From: Octopus bimaculoides
Taxonomy: Eukaryota
NCBI RefSeq assembly: GCF_001194135.2
Contig: NC_068986.1
Span: forward strand, 82,052,068-82,090,608
Direction of reading: 5' to 3'
Length of the DNA stretch: 38,541 bases
A program made the translations under genes and the position numbers. The first letter of the stretch is position 1, and the number at the start of each line of letters is the position of its first letter. Below, in pieces: positions 33,985 through 38,541 of this stretch. The notes below the pieces were generated by a model. That model was not told where the DNA came from. It saw nothing but the letters and a program-made list of their open reading frames with translations, and ran no database searches.

Positions 33985-34260
33985 TTACGAACCTCACACA
34001 TAAAATGGACTCTGAGAGAAAGCCATTTTTGAGAGGTCGAGCAGAGGTGGCGAATGCCTGCAATGCCCCCCGTCATAATTTACTACGTGACTCCGGTGTT
34101 TTATCCCATATAAAGTGAATAACATACCACGGGTCGGTAGTGATCTCATCAGACAGCACACACTTGTTGATGAGCTCTCATATGAACCCAGGATTTCAGG
34201 ACTATCATATCTCAAGAAAGATTTGGAACACTCTGCATACCACAAAAAAATGGGTATGTT
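33985..34260 (-). mobile_element. Possible decayed L2/CR1-type 3' end
   Basis: PGFI*ELINK..MRSL..NYDGG..HSPPLL loosely recalls the L2 C-terminus (YL.EL..LRS..YG.RAF..AP.LWN); weak. Confidence 0.3.
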
Positions 34261-34280
34261 TTCTCTAAACTTGAGAACGT

Positions 34281-34490
34281 TGATATTAGTTTCAAATTTT
34301 GGCACAAGCCCAGCAATTTCCGGGGAGGGGTAAATCGATTAAGTTGACCCCACTGCTAAACTGGTACTTATTTTATCGGCGCCGAATGGATGAATAGCAA
34401 AGTCAACTCCGGCGGCATTTGAACCCAGATTGTAAAGACGGACGAAATGCCGCTAAGCATTTTGTCCGATTCTGCCAGTTCGCCGCGCTC
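34281..34490 (-). mobile_element. SINE family A
   Basis: TTTCAAATTTTGGCACAAGCCCAGC..CTGGTACTTATTTTATCG..GACGAAATGCCGCTAAGCATTT..GATTCTGCCAGTTCGCCGC. Confidence 0.9.
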
Positions 34491-34500
34491 AAGGATGATG

Positions 34501-34660
34501 ATAATATTGATTTCAAGTTTTGGCATAAGACCAATAATTTCTAGGGAGGGGATAAGTTGGTTACTTCGTTCCCGAGCGTTCAACTGATATTTATTTTTCT
34601 GACTCCGAAAGGATGAATGACAAAGCCGACCTCGGCGGAATTTGAACTCAGAACGTACAG
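34501..34660 (-). mobile_element. SINE family A, 5'-truncated, tandem with the previous copy
   Basis: CCGAAAGGATGAATGACAAAGCCGACCTCGGCGGAATTTGAACTCAGAACGT. Confidence 0.88.
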
Positions 34661-34685
34661 GATGATTATAATATTAACATGAAGT

Positions 34686-34689
<4 letters not shown>

Positions 34690-34761
<72 letters not shown>

Positions 34762-34785
34762 CCCCCTCTCTCTCTCTCTCTCTCT
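34690..34785. repeat. (CT)n microsatellite
   Basis: Directly visible. Confidence 0.95.
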
Positions 34786-36024
34786 TGGACTCATAACCGT
34801 TACATTGCATTACATCTTGAAGGTTACACGTTTGCTAATCAAGAGCGGGAAAAAAAGCTATGAAATATCTAAAGAACAAACGGGACAGAAGCCCTCAAAC
34901 TCCCAATAATCAACTGCAAATATCGGTTAGCAACTGCCACAAAATGTTATGGAGGTATTATCTCCTACTGTTATATGTTGTTAAAATAATCCTTTCTAAT
35001 ATAGGCACAAGGCCTGAAATTGTAGGAGAGGGATAGTCTTAATAAAATAATATACAAAGTCATCCTCAGAAAAACTACACTGAGATAAATATAAACAATA
35101 CGTCTGCTATTGAATACATATATATCATCAATAGATATATTTATGAAGCGTTTCCATAAAACTTTCACCAAGTGCAAACTTAACAAGCCTGAAATAGTTA
35201 TTTAGAACAGAAAATAAAAGTCATAGAGAGTCGCATAGAGAAGTTAGCTTCTCTGAATATGTGAACATCTCTTCCAAACCAACCTAGAGGAGAACATTTA
35301 TAGGCAATTGCTTCGAAATCTACCTTGATTATAAATTCACATTTATGCTAAAATTTATTGTTTGTAAATATCTAAGCGACAATCAAACCAATCTAGAAAA
35401 GCAAGAATTTTCAAGCAAAGAAACAGTAAAAATATGAAAAACTTTCCTGAAGCTCAATATGTAACATTTACTGATGCTGTTACCCATATTCCAGTGTTAG
35501 AAACCAGCTCTCTCTTTCGAAGAAAGATTCTAAGTAATAAAAAGAAGTAAAGACATATGTATCTACATATAGCTATATACATATATTCAAATACGCATGC
35601 ACATATACATACGTAGACACATGAAGTACGTATGTCAGTATCTGTTTGTCTGCCTGTCTGAATCTCTCCGTCTGTCTATATAGTGGGTAGGATTCTAAAT
35701 GTTGGGTGATAGCTATATTGTGGTACCTGTGTTGACGGCTAGCTGCAGTTATAGGTGAATAAAGTCAGGGTTAAAAGGATACTTCGTACAAAGTTTGGGT
35801 ATCACATTGAGATTAGTTGAGGAGAAGGAAGAGGATGGGAAAGTGGAAGGCAGAAGACGTTTTGGAGGACCTAGGAGAGACAACGTGATTGTAAATCACA
35901 TACGTAATATAGGGAGCAAAATAGGAGATGGCAGTGAAGAAAAGTAGAGGTGAAAAAAGGATAAGCAAAATAGATAAAAACATATGAACAAGAAGTAGAT
36001 TGAATATGTGTATTAAGTATCTAC

Positions 36025-36130
36025 GTACGTATATATATATGTATAAATATATGTATGTGTATGTGTGTGTGTGTGCACGTGCGTGAGTGGGTGTTGTGTG
36101 TGCTTGGGTGTGTGTGTGTTGTGTGTGCTT

Positions 36131-36222
<92 letters not shown>
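36025..36222. repeat. (TA)/(GT)n microsatellite
   Basis: Directly visible. Confidence 0.95.
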
Positions 36223-36225
<3 letters not shown>

Positions 36226-37568
36226 CGAGCGGATTATCCATCCATATGATTCTATGCATATGCTCATTCTAGAAAATTCAAATGGAGAATTCCTGGAATG
36301 TTTTACAAATTTTCACTTTATCTCTAATCGATCATATTTTGGAGGATGCGAGTTAGTGTGCTTCTTTCTTTCTTGGAAAATCCAAGCTTTTCCAGGCTTT
36401 TAGGCTAATCTCTTTTTACATATCCAAGTAAACCAATCATAATAGGAATAAACGAAAATCTGCAACCAGGATACGAGAGACGTAAGTTTTTTTTTTTTAA
36501 ATTTCCCCGTAGATGTTCTCCTTTTCCACAACTCTTGATTAAGCTTGACCATTCATCAGTCTCTACAACTCTGCTAGAGTTTTTGTCCCAGTTTCACAGA
36601 ACAATAACTGTATTGCTTGCAGAAGGTTGCTGTATTTTTGGAACTTTTCATTGGTGTTCCTTAGTTCTAAACGTGTGGATACATTTTGGTTCTGGCATAT
36701 CTTTTGTGTGGCCGTCAAGACAATCCTTCCTGCGAATAGCATTGTAAATGACTGTAGTAACTATGTCACGTCTCATGATAAGGTAGTAGCTTGCAGACAG
36801 GCATATGTGGATCTTGCCGATGAGAAGGGGGGGGCATATTTCTTAGTTCTATGCCGGTAAGACACAATCGGCACAGTGTAGAAGTCTATAGAATACTGAT
36901 TATTCTTGTTATGGTATTTAGTTACCATCTTCTGTTTCTGGATTGCAAAAGCGTAGAATTCCAAATGAGAGGCTGCAATTTCTATCAGTGCTGTTGGTAC
37001 TCACTGGCTTATGGGATATGCACCCATGCCTAACTTTCAGCTGGTATATTGAGTATTTCTCTGAGTTTCTATTTAAGTTGTTCAGTCGAGGGACATTCAT
37101 ACGTATGGGAACCGCTGTAATCTCGGAGTATTACTTTCGGAATTCTTTGTCTAATCACATAAAATTGTTAATTTTCTATCGGGTACCCGCATGGAATACT
37201 AATTTCTCTCTTTAAAGTTCAATACGTGTTGTCTAGGTGACACGATATTGCACTCAAAGGCCACCTGGATTGATCATATGACTACCTCCAATCTTCTATT
37301 TAATATAGATCCTGTCAGTGACACTGTTGTTGTGAAAGCTACCAACCGTTTTCAGTATCTTCCTTATCAGATGTCTTAGTTGCAGATTTCGTCAAGTGTC
37401 TAATCTAGCATCTGAAATATACTAAGTACTACTACTGACACTAAGCATTCAGGAATATGATTTTATTCAATGCAGACAGCTTTGGCTTCCATGCTTTTCG
37501 AAGTATTCGCCTGTCAGTCAAGCTTTACCCGCAGCATTAACATACGTAGTATTCTCAACAATTTTGAG
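36223..37568 (-). mobile_element. RLE-encoding non-LTR retrotransposon (R4/Dong-like), post-RT region to the ORF end, decayed
   Basis: Minus strand: WKPKLSALNK, RKILKTVGSFHNNSVTDRIYIK*KIGG, SHLEFYAFAIQKQKMVTKY, a zinc-knuckle remnant followed by YYLIMRRDIV..IYNAIRRKD, then EKENIYGE..FIPIMIGLLGYV..KVKICKTF. Confidence 0.85.
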
Positions 37569-37569
37569 A

Positions 37570-37607
37570 TGTATGTATGTATGCATGTATATATGTATGC
37601 ATGTTTG

Positions 37608-37638
<31 letters not shown>

Positions 37639-37700
37639 ATATGTATGTATGTATGTATGTATATATGTATGTACGTACGTACGTATGTATGTACGTATAG
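37570..37700. repeat. (GTAT)n-rich microsatellite between the two RLE-LINE fragments
   Basis: Directly visible. Confidence 0.95.
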
Positions 37701-37704
37701 AGTT

Positions 37705-38175
37705 GCTTTTTTTTTTAGTTTTATTTAAGTTTTTCTTAAGACTTGAACAACTCATTTGGAGTCAAGAGAGTTCCTGGTGTTTACAAATATGTGATCGAGT
37801 TGGTTCGTTGCTTTAACTGTCGATGCATGCACCCAAGCATGTGCATCTATTCATCTAAAAAAAACCTCTGATGGAGTATCTTTAGAATATCTTACAAATC
37901 TTCACTGTGCCGCTAATAGATTGGATTTGGAAAACCCGCGTCAGTTTCTTTTGCTTTTTCTTTAAAAAAAACAAACCTAATGCACCTATAATGATAAGTA
38001 CAAATAAGAATTTATAGTCAGGGTACAAGACCAGTAAGTTCTGCATTAATTCACCATAAATGTTTTCTTTTATCTGGACTTTTGATAGTACATTCATATT
38101 CGCTGGGCAGCTGACCTCTACAACAGTGCATGACTGTTTTTCCCTGCCCCACAGAGCAATATCAGGTCTGTTACG
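37705..38175 (-). mobile_element. RLE-encoding LINE 3' fragment (RLE domain plus 3' UTR), related to 36223-37568
   Basis: NRPDIALWGREKQSCTVVEVSCPANMNV..KENIYGEL..YPDYKF..IIIGALG..GTVKICKIF fits the PD-(D/E)xK RLE pattern; an A-rich end lies near 37705. Confidence 0.9.
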
Positions 38176-38274
38176 TGCATGTATGTATCTAGGCATGCAT
38201 GTATGTATGCAAGAGGGTATGTGCTTATATACATATGTGAATATGCATATGTATATATAAAAGAATATGTATGT

Positions 38275-38288
38275 ATATAGTATTTATG

Positions 38289-38375
<87 letters not shown>
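38275..38375. repeat. (ATCT)n microsatellite
   Basis: Directly visible. Confidence 0.95.
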
Positions 38376-38541
38376 CTATGGACAGACGGTTGACGTGTCG
38401 GCTCCGTAAGTTTTGCCTTTTTCATGTTTTAAAAAGTTTGTTTGTAAAGTTTATTTTATATAGAAAGTTGTATAACAACTTATAGACTCTCTGGTGCAAG
38501 TTTTTTGCAACGGAAATCTGCCCTGTGTGGCACATTTCCAG

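Noticed and set aside
33654-34076. Poly-E/G/R/L/S/P ORFs
   Set aside because: These are translations of a (CCT)/(CTT) microsatellite with no splice or homology support.

Overview
This is a eukaryotic, AT-rich, microsatellite-dense window. The SINE families and repeat make-up are most consistent with an octopus (coleoid cephalopod) short-read assembly; that assignment is from recalled family resemblance, not a search. There are ten N-gaps (3950-4488, 7582-7631, 9049-9701, 10594-10649, 12244-12779, 16340-16515, 24614-24623, 24927-25493, 29892-30038, 32510-33056), most abutting microsatellites. I find no intact protein-coding gene; all long ORFs in the track are gap or microsatellite artefacts or broken transposon ORFs. 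The window is a transposon graveyard with over 25 tRNA-derived SINE copies from about 4 families, RTE, Rex3-like, CR1-group and RLE-type (R4-like) LINE fragments, and a DD41D mariner-family derivative. The most unusual items are: (1) a tRNA-headed element flanked by inverted ~160 bp arms that each carry a Penelope-type minimal hammerhead ribozyme motif (9713-10203); (2) an RTE LINE with a twin-priming-like 5' inversion (1725-2712); (3) a mariner foldback built from two transposon 3' ends (31594-32449); (4) two further foldback palindromes; (5) same-site SINE reinsertion leaving three copies of one TSD; and (6) two RLE-LINE fragments associated with (TACA)n. Boundaries of decayed elements are approximate (about +/-20 bp).
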